NCBI GenBank assembly: GCA_964649715.1 | Contig: CAZYTH010000003.1 | Coordinates: 4,713 to 68,712, forward strand | Direction of reading: 5' to 3' | Origin: an uncultured Candidatus Saccharibacteria bacterium | Lineage (GTDB): Bacteria; Patescibacteriota; Minisyncoccia; Phycocordibacterales; UBA12445 | DNA: 64,000 nt | In this document: positions 19,251 through 28,437 of the stretch, piece by piece | How the letters are laid out: the number at the start of each line of letters is the position of its first letter | How positions within the stretch are numbered: position 1 is the stretch's first letter | Program-made: the position numbers and the translations under genes | Notes under the pieces: model-generated | Database searches by the model: none | What the model was told of the DNA's origin: nothing | What the model saw: the letters and a program-made list of their open reading frames with translations, nothing else

Positions 19251-20510
19251 CTAAACAGGGAGGTTAACAGGTGCCTCAGATCTCTTAGACTCAATTCTTC
19301 CAAATGTTGGAGTTACTGCAACCGCACCCGGGAAGTGATAAATCGTAGCCAGTTCTTCGGTATTAAGAGTTATCGGATTATTATTAAGAAATGGCCTATA
19401 AAAATAACCCCGATTTACATAGGACCTAAATATCTGAGACTTTTTCCTTGCTAATTCACTTCCTATGAAAGGAAGTTTTATAGGGAACTTGGGTGGGCAA
19501 AGAAGTTCCTTCCACCAAACAAGACCCGTTATACTAACGGGCTTAAAACTATTCAAATTAGTTGAACCATATTGTCTAAAAGAAGCAAATAGAGAAGTTA
19601 TGTTGCCAGCATTAAATTTTGTCCTCTTTGTGTTTGCCAAATAAATCGTTCTTATGCCACAATCGAACCCAATCTTAGAGATATTTCTTTCAACAGACTC
19701 AACAACCTCTCTTTCGCCAGCAGTCAATGATACTGGAGTTATTGGAGAAACACCCGGTATTCCTCTTTTTAATATTTTATCAATAACACTTTTTGCGTTA
19801 CCCTTCCAATCTTCTTTTCCAAACCATGTTCCATTTTTATGGAATCTTGGTTGTGCAGCCATAATCATTATTTGTATCCAAACATGTTCACCTGAACCCA
19901 CAGAACCCAAAAATTCTATAGTAGATGTTAGAGGGTCAACCTTTTGTTCCTCCTTAACCAGTTCACGATCAAGACCGTAATCTACATAAGTTTTTATCGG
20001 ATAAGCATCTGCCCTTACCAAAACATGTTCCATTCCAAATAAAGCCCAATCGGAATTAGGCGCATCGTAATTAACAGCCCCTACATAATCTGGCACCTGA
20101 TGCAATTCCGCTTCCGGATATTGTGAATATATATGGTTTTCAATAGAATTTCTTTGCCCCTTTGGTGTTCTTATAAAAAAATGTACATGACCCTCAATAG
20201 ATACTATTTCTAAAGAAAACCACACAGGAACTTTTCCCGTCCACCAATAATCATAAAAAGTCGGGGGGGTCGGAAAATTATAAAAAGAACCAAGAACAAC
20301 CTCCATGGCCTGAGGTGTTTTTTGGTGGTCTTTCGGCAATTTAACCTCAAGAAAGACCCAGTCTATCTTTGAAATAAAATCCCTAACGATGTAGTAACGC
20401 CACAAACGCCAAGAAGTAACGATTAAAATTACAGGCAAAACAAAAGGGATTAAACTCAAAAAAACCCCGAAAAGAGATTGAAATCCTGCACGATAAATAT
20501 CCAAAATCAT
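19251..20510 (-). CDS. conserved hypothetical protein with N-terminal TM
   Basis: 419-aa ORF with 'FSLEIVS', 'IYSQYPEAE', 'YPIKTY' and 'LNTEELATIYHFP'. Confidence 0.8.
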   Translation of the reverse strand: MILDIYRAGFQSLFGVFLSLIPFVLPVILIVTSWRLWRYYIVRDFISKIDWVFLEVKLPKDHQKTPQAMEVVLGSFYNFPTPPTFYDYWWTGKVPVWFSLEIVSIEGHVHFFIRTPKGQRNSIENHIYSQYPEAELHQVPDYVGAVNYDAPNSDWALFGMEHVLVRADAYPIKTYVDYGLDRELVKEEQKVDPLTSTIEFLGSVGSGEHVWIQIMIMAAQPRFHKNGTWFGKEDWKGNAKSVIDKILKRGIPGVSPITPVSLTAGEREVVESVERNISKIGFDCGIRTIYLANTKRTKFNAGNITSLFASFRQYGSTNLNSFKPVSITGLVWWKELLCPPKFPIKLPFIGSELARKKSQIFRSYVNRGYFYRPFLNNNPITLNTEELATIYHFPGAVAVTPTFGRIESKRSEAPVNLPV

Positions 20511-21544
20511 ATTATCAAGTATTTTCCGTTTTTGTCTTTTTTAAAATATTTCTTATTTTGAAGATTGACCAAAACGGTATTTTCTTTTATATATCTTTCC
20601 CGCAAAACCTTTTTTAATATATCCTCTTTTGTTTGCGGACCCTTTTCTTCTATTACAAGTTTTATTATATCACGAACTGTCCCTTGACTGTAGCCCCACT
20701 TGGTTAGAGCGTACAAACCTCTTCCAACAAGAACAAATCTTTTATCTTTAATTAATTCGTTGTGACACGTAGCCTCATTTGCACTTTTTCCGAATGTTTG
20801 TTTTATCGCCTTTGCCACCTCCCTAAAATGCATAGGGGAGCCATGTTTTCTTAAAACTAAATAAGCAAGATCTCTTATACCACGAACTCTAACGTTTGGA
20901 GAATTAGAAACACCCCATTCTCCTAACGCATTCTTTCCTATCTTCTTAGATACGTAAATCCATCTCTTTGCGAGTTCCTCACTTCTCAGATCTCTCACAG
21001 TGTCTCCAAGATGGTCTAAAAACTTCATAATCATCTCGCTCTCGGAGATAAGATCGTCTTCAGAAAGACTTTGATAAAGTTTTTTGAGAGAATTTTGAAC
21101 CTTTTCAGCTAATTGAGCGTTAATAGTCCATCTGTGAGAAAATTCATCATCTTCTTTTATTTTTATAAAATCATTTCCAAGTTCCAAATAAAAACTTATA
21201 TGATTCTGAAGTTCTCGGTCACCTGTAAGATGACTCAGGAAATTACTTTCATGAACTATTCCTCCGTATTCATCGAGGTGTTTTTTAAGTTCCTCAAAAG
21301 TAGCCAGATTTTCTGAATAAACGTTTGATTTTCTAATTGAATTTAAAGCAAAATTTTCTATCTGTCTTACACGCTCTCTCGTTATGCCATAACTTTCCCC
21401 AATGGCCTCAAGTGTCATACCTCGACTCCCCAAATCAAGACCGTATCTCTTTTTTATTATATCTCGTGCTCTAACAGGTAGTGCTCCCAAAAGATCTTTT
21501 GTAACCTTCTTTGGATTAAAAGTTAATTTATGCTGTTTGGCCAT
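20507..21544 (-). CDS. protein with a sigma70 region-4-like HTH and C-terminal winged-helix domains
   Basis: RYGL...TLEAIGESYGITRERVRQIE; C-terminal PMHFREVA...HNELIKDKRFVLVGRGLYAL. Confidence 0.85.
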   Translation of the reverse strand: MAKQHKLTFNPKKVTKDLLGALPVRARDIIKKRYGLDLGSRGMTLEAIGESYGITRERVRQIENFALNSIRKSNVYSENLATFEELKKHLDEYGGIVHESNFLSHLTGDRELQNHISFYLELGNDFIKIKEDDEFSHRWTINAQLAEKVQNSLKKLYQSLSEDDLISESEMIMKFLDHLGDTVRDLRSEELAKRWIYVSKKIGKNALGEWGVSNSPNVRVRGIRDLAYLVLRKHGSPMHFREVAKAIKQTFGKSANEATCHNELIKDKRFVLVGRGLYALTKWGYSQGTVRDIIKLVIEEKGPQTKEDILKKVLRERYIKENTVLVNLQNKKYFKKDKNGKYLII

Positions 21545-21624
21545 ATTTTCAAGTTATAACGTTTTGCTAATTTAGTCAATATATAAACATCCTACTCAAA
21601 ATAATAAAAAAATCAACTATCTAA

Positions 21625-22320
21625 TTACCAATCTTTTTTCTTGAGAGCATTGCTAGCGGCATCTTCTTGTGCTTCCTGCTTTGAATGACCTCGACCCTCA
21701 GAAAATAACTCTTCTCCAACGTAAAGACCAACAGTAAAAACTTTATTGTGATCAGGTCCACTTTCACTCAGAGTTTTATAGACTGGAGTTATGCTCATTT
21801 CTTCCTGAGCCTTTTCTTGAAAAAGACTCTTAGGATCCTTCCAGAGAGTTTTTTCGATTATGTTGTCTATCATTGGGAAAAGATTATGAGAAATAAATTC
21901 TTTTGCCTGCCCATAACCACTATCCAGGTATATCGCCCCAATTAAAGCCTCAAAGGTATTTGCTAAAATTACTTGTCTTGCCCTGCCGATATCTTTCGAT
22001 TCCCCTTTAGATAAAAGAAGAAATTCATTCATACCCAAGTCTGCTGCATTTTTAGATAAAGTTACGGTATTTACGAGAGATGCCCTTAGACTAGTTAGCT
22101 CTCCCTCTTGCTTGTCCTTGTATTCCTTATATAAAAATTCGGTGACAACTAGTTCTAAAACAGCATCACCCAAAAATTCCAATCTTTCGTTGTGTGAACC
22201 CAAAGAAAACCTACTTTCGTTTATATAAGATCGATGCGTAAAAGCCTGACGAAGAAGATCCTTATCTTTAAAAGTTACCCCTATTTTTTGTTCGATTATA
22301 GAAAAATCAGGTACGCTCAT
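21625..22320 (-). CDS. rnc: ribonuclease III
   Basis: HNERLEFLGDAVLEL signature plus dsRBD. Confidence 0.97.
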   Translation of the reverse strand: MSVPDFSIIEQKIGVTFKDKDLLRQAFTHRSYINESRFSLGSHNERLEFLGDAVLELVVTEFLYKEYKDKQEGELTSLRASLVNTVTLSKNAADLGMNEFLLLSKGESKDIGRARQVILANTFEALIGAIYLDSGYGQAKEFISHNLFPMIDNIIEKTLWKDPKSLFQEKAQEEMSITPVYKTLSESGPDHNKVFTVGLYVGEELFSEGRGHSKQEAQEDAASNALKKKDW

Positions 22321-22335
22321 TTTTAAAAAAAATAA

Positions 22336-23238
22336 TTATTGTGAAATTGTTTTTATTGCTTCAGTAATAAGTGGAACAATATCATCGTACATCCTAAGAT
22401 GTAATATTTCCGATATCTCAAACCACCTAGCATCATCCAATCCACCAGTATCTTTTAATTTTAATTCTAAGATATCCTCAGTTTTTCCAAGAAAATAAGA
22501 AACCTTTTTAAGTATCTTACCTTTTTTGGGATCAGAGGCTATATATTCATTTGTGCCTAATTTTTTTATCGGCTCGGCCAATATTCCAATCTCTTCCATA
22601 ACCTCCCTGGAGGCTGCTTCGGCCTCCCTTTCACCATCCTCTATCCTTCCCTTAGAAAGGGTCCAATAACCAAAAATGTCATGCACCATGGCAAAATGAA
22701 TATCTCCATTTTCATTTTTATGATAAACAACCATTCCCCCCAATTTTTCAACCGGAAGATCTTTGGGGTCAATAGGCTCTTGTGTCTTTTTTATTTTTGT
22801 AACCTCATCCTTTCCTGGCTCCCCCATCTCTTTGTATATCGTCCCCATAACACCATTGATAAATTTACCGCTATTTTCTCCCCCAAAAGTTTTTGCTAAT
22901 TCAATAGCCTCATTTATTGCAACCTTCGCGGGAACTTCAGTTTTTTCCATAAATAAAAGTTCATATATACCTATCCTGAGAACATTTCTATCAACAACAG
23001 ATATTCTATCCAACGGCCACTCTGGGGCAGCTTTTGATATAATTGGATCTATTACATCCAATTTATTTATCACACTCTCAAGTAGTGATTCCAAAAAAGA
23101 AAAATCGGTCAACCCAGGACCGAATTCCCCTATATTTTCATGAAGAATGTTTCTCAACTTTGAATTATCACGGCCATTAAAGTCCCACTCAAAAAGGGTT
23201 TGTAAAACGATGCTTCTTGCTAAATGCCTATTGGCCAT
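22336..23238 (-). CDS. nusB: NusB fused to a NUDIX domain
   Basis: DRNVLRIGIYEL, VAINEAIELAKTF, FINGVMG; C-terminal KGRIEDGE...AASREVMEEIG Nudix box. Confidence 0.92.
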   Translation of the reverse strand: MANRHLARSIVLQTLFEWDFNGRDNSKLRNILHENIGEFGPGLTDFSFLESLLESVINKLDVIDPIISKAAPEWPLDRISVVDRNVLRIGIYELLFMEKTEVPAKVAINEAIELAKTFGGENSGKFINGVMGTIYKEMGEPGKDEVTKIKKTQEPIDPKDLPVEKLGGMVVYHKNENGDIHFAMVHDIFGYWTLSKGRIEDGEREAEAASREVMEEIGILAEPIKKLGTNEYIASDPKKGKILKKVSYFLGKTEDILELKLKDTGGLDDARWFEISEILHLRMYDDIVPLITEAIKTISQ

Positions 23239-23300
23239 ATGATTATTTCAAAATAACAAAAACTAATCGACAAAAATCGACGAAGCAAGCAATCTTAAAC

Positions 23301-23516
23301 TTAAGATCTCTTTGCTTCTTTTTTATTCTTCTTCTCGATCTTCACCATTGTATTTATCTTCTCGTTACCTTTATAATATCCACAAGCAGGACAGACTTCA
23401 TGTCTCTTGGCAAAAGCCGAACACTTGGGACAGCTATAAATGGCTGCACTTTTTAGTGCGTGGTGCGATCTTCTATTCGCGGTATGTGCCCGCGTATGTC
23501 TCATTCTAACTACCAT
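23301..23516 (-). CDS. rpmF: 50S ribosomal protein L32
   Basis: RRSHHAL, CPKC...HEVCPACGYYKG. Confidence 0.95.
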   Translation of the reverse strand: MVVRMRHTRAHTANRRSHHALKSAAIYSCPKCSAFAKRHEVCPACGYYKGNEKINTMVKIEKKNKKEAKRS

Positions 23517-23729
23517 AGTAAGACCATATTACACTAATCTTATAAAATGGCAAGAGCAAAATAATGATTCATGATTCCATCCTGAATGAAATTATTTCAG
23601 GCAAATTAAGACTTAAAATTTATGAAATAATTTTCAATTTATAATTTTACAATTTTTAATCAATTTACAATAAAATAATTTTTAAAACAAAAGGCCCGCG
23701 ATTTGCGAGCCAATCAACAACCAACGCAG

Positions 23730-23825
23730 CTATTTCATCTTGTCCCTAATTTGCCTCAAGATACTTTCAATTGACCACAAAGAAACAATGATACTTACTA
23801 GACCGAAAGTTATAACAAGTTCCAA
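23730..23825 (-). CDS. small membrane peptide (31 aa)
   Basis: AAGGAGG SD, TTG start, MELVITFGLVSIIVSLWSIESILRQIRDKMK, hairpin downstream. Confidence 0.5.
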   Translation of the reverse strand: MELVITFGLVSIIVSLWSIESILRQIRDKMK

Positions 23826-23933
23826 ATTCTTCCTCCTTTGAAAAAGTACTCTACCGCAAAAGATTCTATTGCATTTTATAAAAAAAACAACCCCTCACCT
23901 TTCAGTTTGGGGTTGTTTTAATTTCAAACAAAA

Positions 23934-24257
23934 TTAAAGTTTGAGATCCTGCATGGCCTCATCAACCGTCTTTGAGGCTGATGATTCGTGGCTCATCCTT
24001 GTGCTTCCCTCCGGTTCGTTAATCTTGAGATTAACTCTAGCATTGTGCTTCATTCCCACAACGCGAAGAAGGGTTCGGATCGCCTTCGCTGTATTTCCGC
24101 TTCGGCCGATTATCTTGCCCATATCGGCAGGATTAACATCCAAAGAAAGAAGGACTCCCATCTCATCGACGGTCCTATTTACTTTGATGTCATTCGGATT
24201 GTCTACCAAAGCTCTTACAACTGCTTCTAGAAATTCCTGATCTTTTTCCATTTTCAA
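23934..24257 (-). CDS. khpA: KH-domain RNA-binding protein KhpA
   Basis: ALVDNP, DMGKIIGRSGNTAKAIRTLL; directly downstream of rpsP. Confidence 0.92.
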   Translation of the reverse strand: MKMEKDQEFLEAVVRALVDNPNDIKVNRTVDEMGVLLSLDVNPADMGKIIGRSGNTAKAIRTLLRVVGMKHNARVNLKINEPEGSTRMSHESSASKTVDEAMQDLKL

Positions 24258-24419
24258 TTCATTTTCTCTTGTAAAATTGCAGTCATTCGACCTCGTACTG
24301 CTTGGTAGTATTTATATCACATTAGGCACACATAAAGCAAATATAAAAAACAAACCATAATTTTAATGGTTTGTTTTTTTATAAATTTAATTCAGAATTT
24401 TATACTTTAAGGAAACAAA

Positions 24420-24734
24420 TTATGCTTTTGGTGCTTCTGCTGTTTCTGGTTTTGCAGCCCCAACCTTCTTCTTGGGTAAAACGTTCACTTTCTTATCATT
24501 CACTAATTTATTTTTTACCAATATATTGTGAACAGTTCCACTAGCCTTAGCACCAACAGACAGCCAATGACTTATTCTTTCTTTCTTTAATTGTGGCCTC
24601 CCCCCCCTTGCATCATAATGACCCAAGACCTCAGTAAACCTTCCACTCTTAGTGCTGTTTTTGGAGTCGGTAACAACTATCCTAAACGAAGGATCGTGCT
24701 TTTTCCCAACTCGTTGTAATCTAATCATTAACAT
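24420..24734 (-). CDS. rpsP: 30S ribosomal protein S16
   Basis: MLMIRLQRVGKK..FRIVVTDS, WLSVGAKAS. Confidence 0.96.
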   Translation of the reverse strand: MLMIRLQRVGKKHDPSFRIVVTDSKNSTKSGRFTEVLGHYDARGGRPQLKKERISHWLSVGAKASGTVHNILVKNKLVNDKKVNVLPKKKVGAAKPETAEAPKA

Positions 24735-24811
24735 AGCGGATATACTAACAAAACGTTATTTTTTAGTCAAATTGCCAAAAGACAGACTGAGCAATTATTG
24801 GTGACTTGATA

Positions 24812-24883
24812 TACACACAGAATGGATCGAACCTTCGACCTTTCCTAAGCGAACGGAACACTCTATCGCTGAACTATGTGTGC
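24812..24883 (-). tRNA. degenerate tRNA-like gene (nominal anticodon CGC), probable pseudo-tRNA
   Basis: Acceptor GCACACA/TGTGTGT+A, D-arm GTTCAGCGATAGAGT, anticodon arm TTCCG-TTCGCTT-AGGAA, T-arm GAAGG-TTCGATC-CATTC; one mismatch each in the anticodon and T stems. Confidence 0.6.
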
Positions 24884-24957
24884 AGACCCATAAATCATAG
24901 AGCAAAAAAACACAATAAAGAAAACCCGACAAAATGCCGGGTTTAAAAAAACAAAGA

Positions 24958-25188
24958 CTACTCTTCCTTGAAATTATCAAAAAGGAAGCGTATGCCCTCG
25001 TCGGTGGCAAGAAGGCAAAGCCCCCTCGCGAGAAGAAAACTCTTAAGACCATGGATATCCTCCTTTCCTCGCCAACTATTGACGAGAGAACTAGCCCCAA
25101 ACACCCACCCAATCTCCAGACAAAGAACTTCTAGTCGATTGAGTTCCTTATTGAGTTCCCTGAAGAATCTCTCCTCCTTGTTCTGCAT
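24958..25188 (-). CDS. hypothetical protein
   Basis: 76-aa ORF with AAGGGGG SD-like sequence and a downstream hairpin. Confidence 0.55.
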   Translation of the reverse strand: MQNKEERFFRELNKELNRLEVLCLEIGWVFGASSLVNSWRGKEDIHGLKSFLLARGLCLLATDEGIRFLFDNFKEE

Positions 25189-25340
25189 TCAAACACCCCC
25201 CTTCTTTTTCTGTTAATGTTCTAAATACGCCAGTCTTATACACCTAAAAAATTAAAAAGTCAAACAAAAAAAGAACAAACACCACAGAACATCAAAAATA
25301 TTGATTTTAATTTATCTTTTGGTTAGTATAGATATCTAAT

Positions 25341-25411
25341 GGGCCTATAGTATAGCGGTAGAACGCATCCATGGCATGGATGAGGTCGGGGTTCGACTCC
25401 CCGTAGGTCCA
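25341..25411 (+). tRNA. tRNA-Ala(GGC)
   Basis: GGGCCTA/TAGGTCC acceptor with G3:U70, CATCC-ATGGCAT-GGATG anticodon arm, GGTTCGACTCC T-arm. Confidence 0.95.
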
Positions 25412-27087
25412 TAAATAGAGGCAAAACGGGTTTCAAGAAATTGAAATCCGTTTTTGCATTTAAAAATAAGGCTACTATCAGAAATAAAAAGTTCGGAAAA
25501 GATAGTTCTAGCAATTAGCTCTTTTTCTTGTAAATTTGCATTTAAGTAAAAGAATAGGCCATCTTTTATGAGTTCGGAAAGAATTACGACATCTCTAATA
25601 ACTTCCCCCATTGAAACGTCTGATGAAATCTCTTCGTTTTGTATTTCAAGAATCTCAGCATTAAGATTGTCCTCTTCTTCCATGAACGTTTTTGGAGAAT
25701 ATGCTCCCGTCATAAGCAAAGATAATTTATTAGTTCTCAGATATGATAATTTTTCTCTTATTCTTTTCTTTCTACCCTCTCCTTCTTCAATATTTTTAAT
25801 CCTTTTTTCTTCAAATAGCGAGACGTCTTCACTTGTCACAATATTTAAGTTGTTCTTTTCTTCGTCTCTCAACTTTAACATAGACATAAAATCCACAATT
25901 TTTTCTTCCAGAAAATTACCGTTAAAATTTTTCTTAGAATTTTTACAACCTTTAATGCATCTAGAACCATAATACTGGATACCCTTCTGAACATATGGTG
26001 TATATGCACGCCCACACTCAGAACAACGGGCAACGCCACGATAAGGTAACTCTAATTTATTTGTATAACGCAAGCTTACATTCTTCTTCGAGAGTCCTTT
26101 TTGAACTTTATTAAAAAGTTCCTCTGAAATTATGGCCTTGTGACTTTTGCTTGGTATATAAACACCATCACTATTTAAAGTTTTTCCTGTATAAAATTTA
26201 TTTCTGAGTATTTTTTGAACAAGAGTTGCAGTAATTGGTCTGGTGACTTTTTCGATCTTACTCTCGACATCAGTTTCTTCATTTTCCAATATCTCCCCCT
26301 CTGTTCTTCTTCTGCGCATTGGTACTGTCGTCATGCCATGTTCATTAGCCCACCGAGCCAAATCAGCAACGCTCCACTCACCGGTAGTATAATATTCGAA
26401 TAGTTTCTTTACAAAAGGACCCCGAACAGGATCTACCGGCTTATTTTCTGAATTTCCTTCATTTAAATAACCTATCGGAGCCCGATATGTGCAAATCCCG
26501 TCTGCTCGCATTTTTTGAGTAGTAAGCTTAATTTTCTCACTTGTTACCCGAGAATAATGTTCTGCAAACATGCCATCTATGTCCATATGGAGAGCACCCG
26601 AGCTACTTTTCTCATATTTTGCTTGAACAAAACGGAAATCGCATCCATTTTTAATCAACTTACGAATCAAAGTATCATCTGCTTTATTTCTACTGATGCG
26701 ATCCCAACAAAGACAGATAACACCCTTAAAAAATTTCTTACTCAAAAAATAAGTAAGTCTCTGAAATTTTGGTCGGTCTATTCGATATTGGACTAAACCC
26801 TCTTCTGTGAAATTGATATCTTCATCTTGTTTGTAACCAGATTGTTTCTCTGAAATTATTCCGTTATGACAAAAACCTTTTATATCAACGGGGGCAATGG
26901 GCAATTTTTCTTTCTTTGCAAACTTGGAATTTTCGAATTTCTGGTATTCCAAAGAATTTTTCTGTGAATCGGCCTCATCTGTACTCTTTCTGTTGTAAAT
27001 TAAATAACCATCACGATACTTACCGCTCAATATTTCCTTCTCGATATCTTTTTGTCTTTTGTTTATTTGTGTTTTATTTTTTGACAT
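25345..27087 (-). CDS. large serine recombinase (integrase)
   Basis: YNRKST (catalytic Ser), DRPKF, WDRISRN, AP.GY recombinase domain, CSECG zinc ribbon, coiled coil; the last 20 codons run antisense through tRNA-Ala. Confidence 0.93.
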   Translation of the reverse strand: MSKNKTQINKRQKDIEKEILSGKYRDGYLIYNRKSTDEADSQKNSLEYQKFENSKFAKKEKLPIAPVDIKGFCHNGIISEKQSGYKQDEDINFTEEGLVQYRIDRPKFQRLTYFLSKKFFKGVICLCWDRISRNKADDTLIRKLIKNGCDFRFVQAKYEKSSSGALHMDIDGMFAEHYSRVTSEKIKLTTQKMRADGICTYRAPIGYLNEGNSENKPVDPVRGPFVKKLFEYYTTGEWSVADLARWANEHGMTTVPMRRRRTEGEILENEETDVESKIEKVTRPITATLVQKILRNKFYTGKTLNSDGVYIPSKSHKAIISEELFNKVQKGLSKKNVSLRYTNKLELPYRGVARCSECGRAYTPYVQKGIQYYGSRCIKGCKNSKKNFNGNFLEEKIVDFMSMLKLRDEEKNNLNIVTSEDVSLFEEKRIKNIEEGEGRKKRIREKLSYLRTNKLSLLMTGAYSPKTFMEEEDNLNAEILEIQNEEISSDVSMGEVIRDVVILSELIKDGLFFYLNANLQEKELIARTIFSELFISDSSLIFKCKNGFQFLETRFASIYGPTGSRTPTSSMPWMRSTAIL

Positions 27088-27334
27088 TGTTTTCTTTTTT
27101 AACTCGACTTTTTGGTATCTCGACGCCTTCAGAAATAAGTCTTTTGCGAATAATCATAAATATTTTACCAAGTTCTCTTAAAGAATTAACATTTTCTAAA
27201 TTAAGTGTGATATCTGGGCTATCAAAAACAATATCTAAATTTGGACGAATACTTGCAGTTACAGAGGGGTCTAAAAGCATCAAGGGAGCCTTTAAGGGAA
27301 CATTCTCTAATTTTTTTTTATTTTTTTTATACAT
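27074..27334 (-). CDS. small protein overlapping the recombinase start (candidate directionality factor)
   Basis: 86-aa basic ORF overlapping the integrase ATG; role inferred from position only. Confidence 0.6.
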   Translation of the reverse strand: MYKKNKKKLENVPLKAPLMLLDPSVTASIRPNLDIVFDSPDITLNLENVNSLRELGKIFMIIRKRLISEGVEIPKSRVKKENNVKK

Positions 27335-27447
27335 TTTAACTCTTTGTTAAAAATTATTAAACTTAAACTTTAATTATATTTATCAGTTGATGGTACGAAA
27401 CCAGGATATCTTGAAAAAATGAAATTTCGGGACTTTTTATTGTATCC

Positions 27448-27720
27448 TCATAACTTCAAATCAAAAAACCTGGAGTGTTTCGCTGGTTCATCCCCTAATC
27501 TATAATATTTGTGAATTTTCACGCAATTATCACACACACTCCTAACAGGTTCATCGGCTTTCATCTGTGAATTAACCTGGAGTGCGTTAAGGCAATCAAA
27601 GCAAAACCTATTAGAACACTCAAAGCAGATATCCATGGGATTTTGATAATTTCTGGGACTTTTACACTTATGACATTTTTCTTTAAAATTCTTAAATTTA
27701 TTATTGTTACCATTTAACAT
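27448..27720 (-). CDS. eight-Cys zinc-finger protein
   Basis: Four CxxC motifs: CHKC, CFEC, CFDC, CDNC. Confidence 0.7.
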   Translation of the reverse strand: MLNGNNNKFKNFKEKCHKCKSPRNYQNPMDICFECSNRFCFDCLNALQVNSQMKADEPVRSVCDNCVKIHKYYRLGDEPAKHSRFFDLKL

Positions 27721-28424
27721 GTCTTTTAAGCTTAGATGTGGACAAAATTTGAGGAGTTTTTCCTAAAGTTGAGGTTTTACTCATTAGGGAGTTTTTTGTC
27801 TCATTTTTAATAATAATTTTCCTACTTTTTTCTTTCATATTTTTAATTGTTTTATTTTTTCTTGTAAGAAGAACTAGCCTAAAAATACAAAGTAATATCC
27901 AAGAGATATTTCTAACGATTTTGAGGCTGACAACTCGCTATATATTTTCCATTCTGTTAAAATTAATTTTTAATGAAAAAAATAAAAATCACATTAATAT
28001 TTAAAGCTAAAATAAAAAATCTTAATGACGAGTTGCTAAAATGGTAAGTTGGCTAAATAATGCCTGAATCCTAAAAGCTTGAGTCTAATAGATTGAAAAT
28101 AAATGCTATTCTGCTATATGTGGTTTTCAAATTTCCTCTGATTTCAAATCAGTAACCTGAGTTTATCAAAGCCATAGAAAAATAAAAATAAAAACGTGGA
28201 TAACTTTAGTTTCAAATATTATTATGTTAAAAATAATTAATTGCTGGTTAGTCTACATAACATTTTTGCCATATTTCACGCAAAACATCTCTCTGAATTG
28301 ATATTTAAACCGAAACATAAGTCCACAAAATTGGGGTTTTTTGGCAATCCAGTGGTAAAATTTTTTCACAACACACTTGCTACAAAAAGTTAAGTATTTG
28401 AATTGGCTATTTTTTTTTAGACTA

Positions 28425-28433
28425 TGTTAATAT
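28425..28433 (+). promoter_or_regulatory. extended -10 promoter candidate for the structured RNA
   Basis: TGtTAATAT a few nt upstream of the first helix. Confidence 0.4.
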
Positions 28434-28437
28434 TAGA

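Noticed and set aside
25442-25455. TGAAATCC(G/A)TTTTT shared with 38860-38873 as an alternative att core
   Set aside because: It would leave integrase-coding sequence in the empty site and give only a 10-aa tail. The GTCCA core restores a clean tRNA end and a longer in-frame tail. The similarity is better explained as recombinase-binding arms, though not fully excluded.
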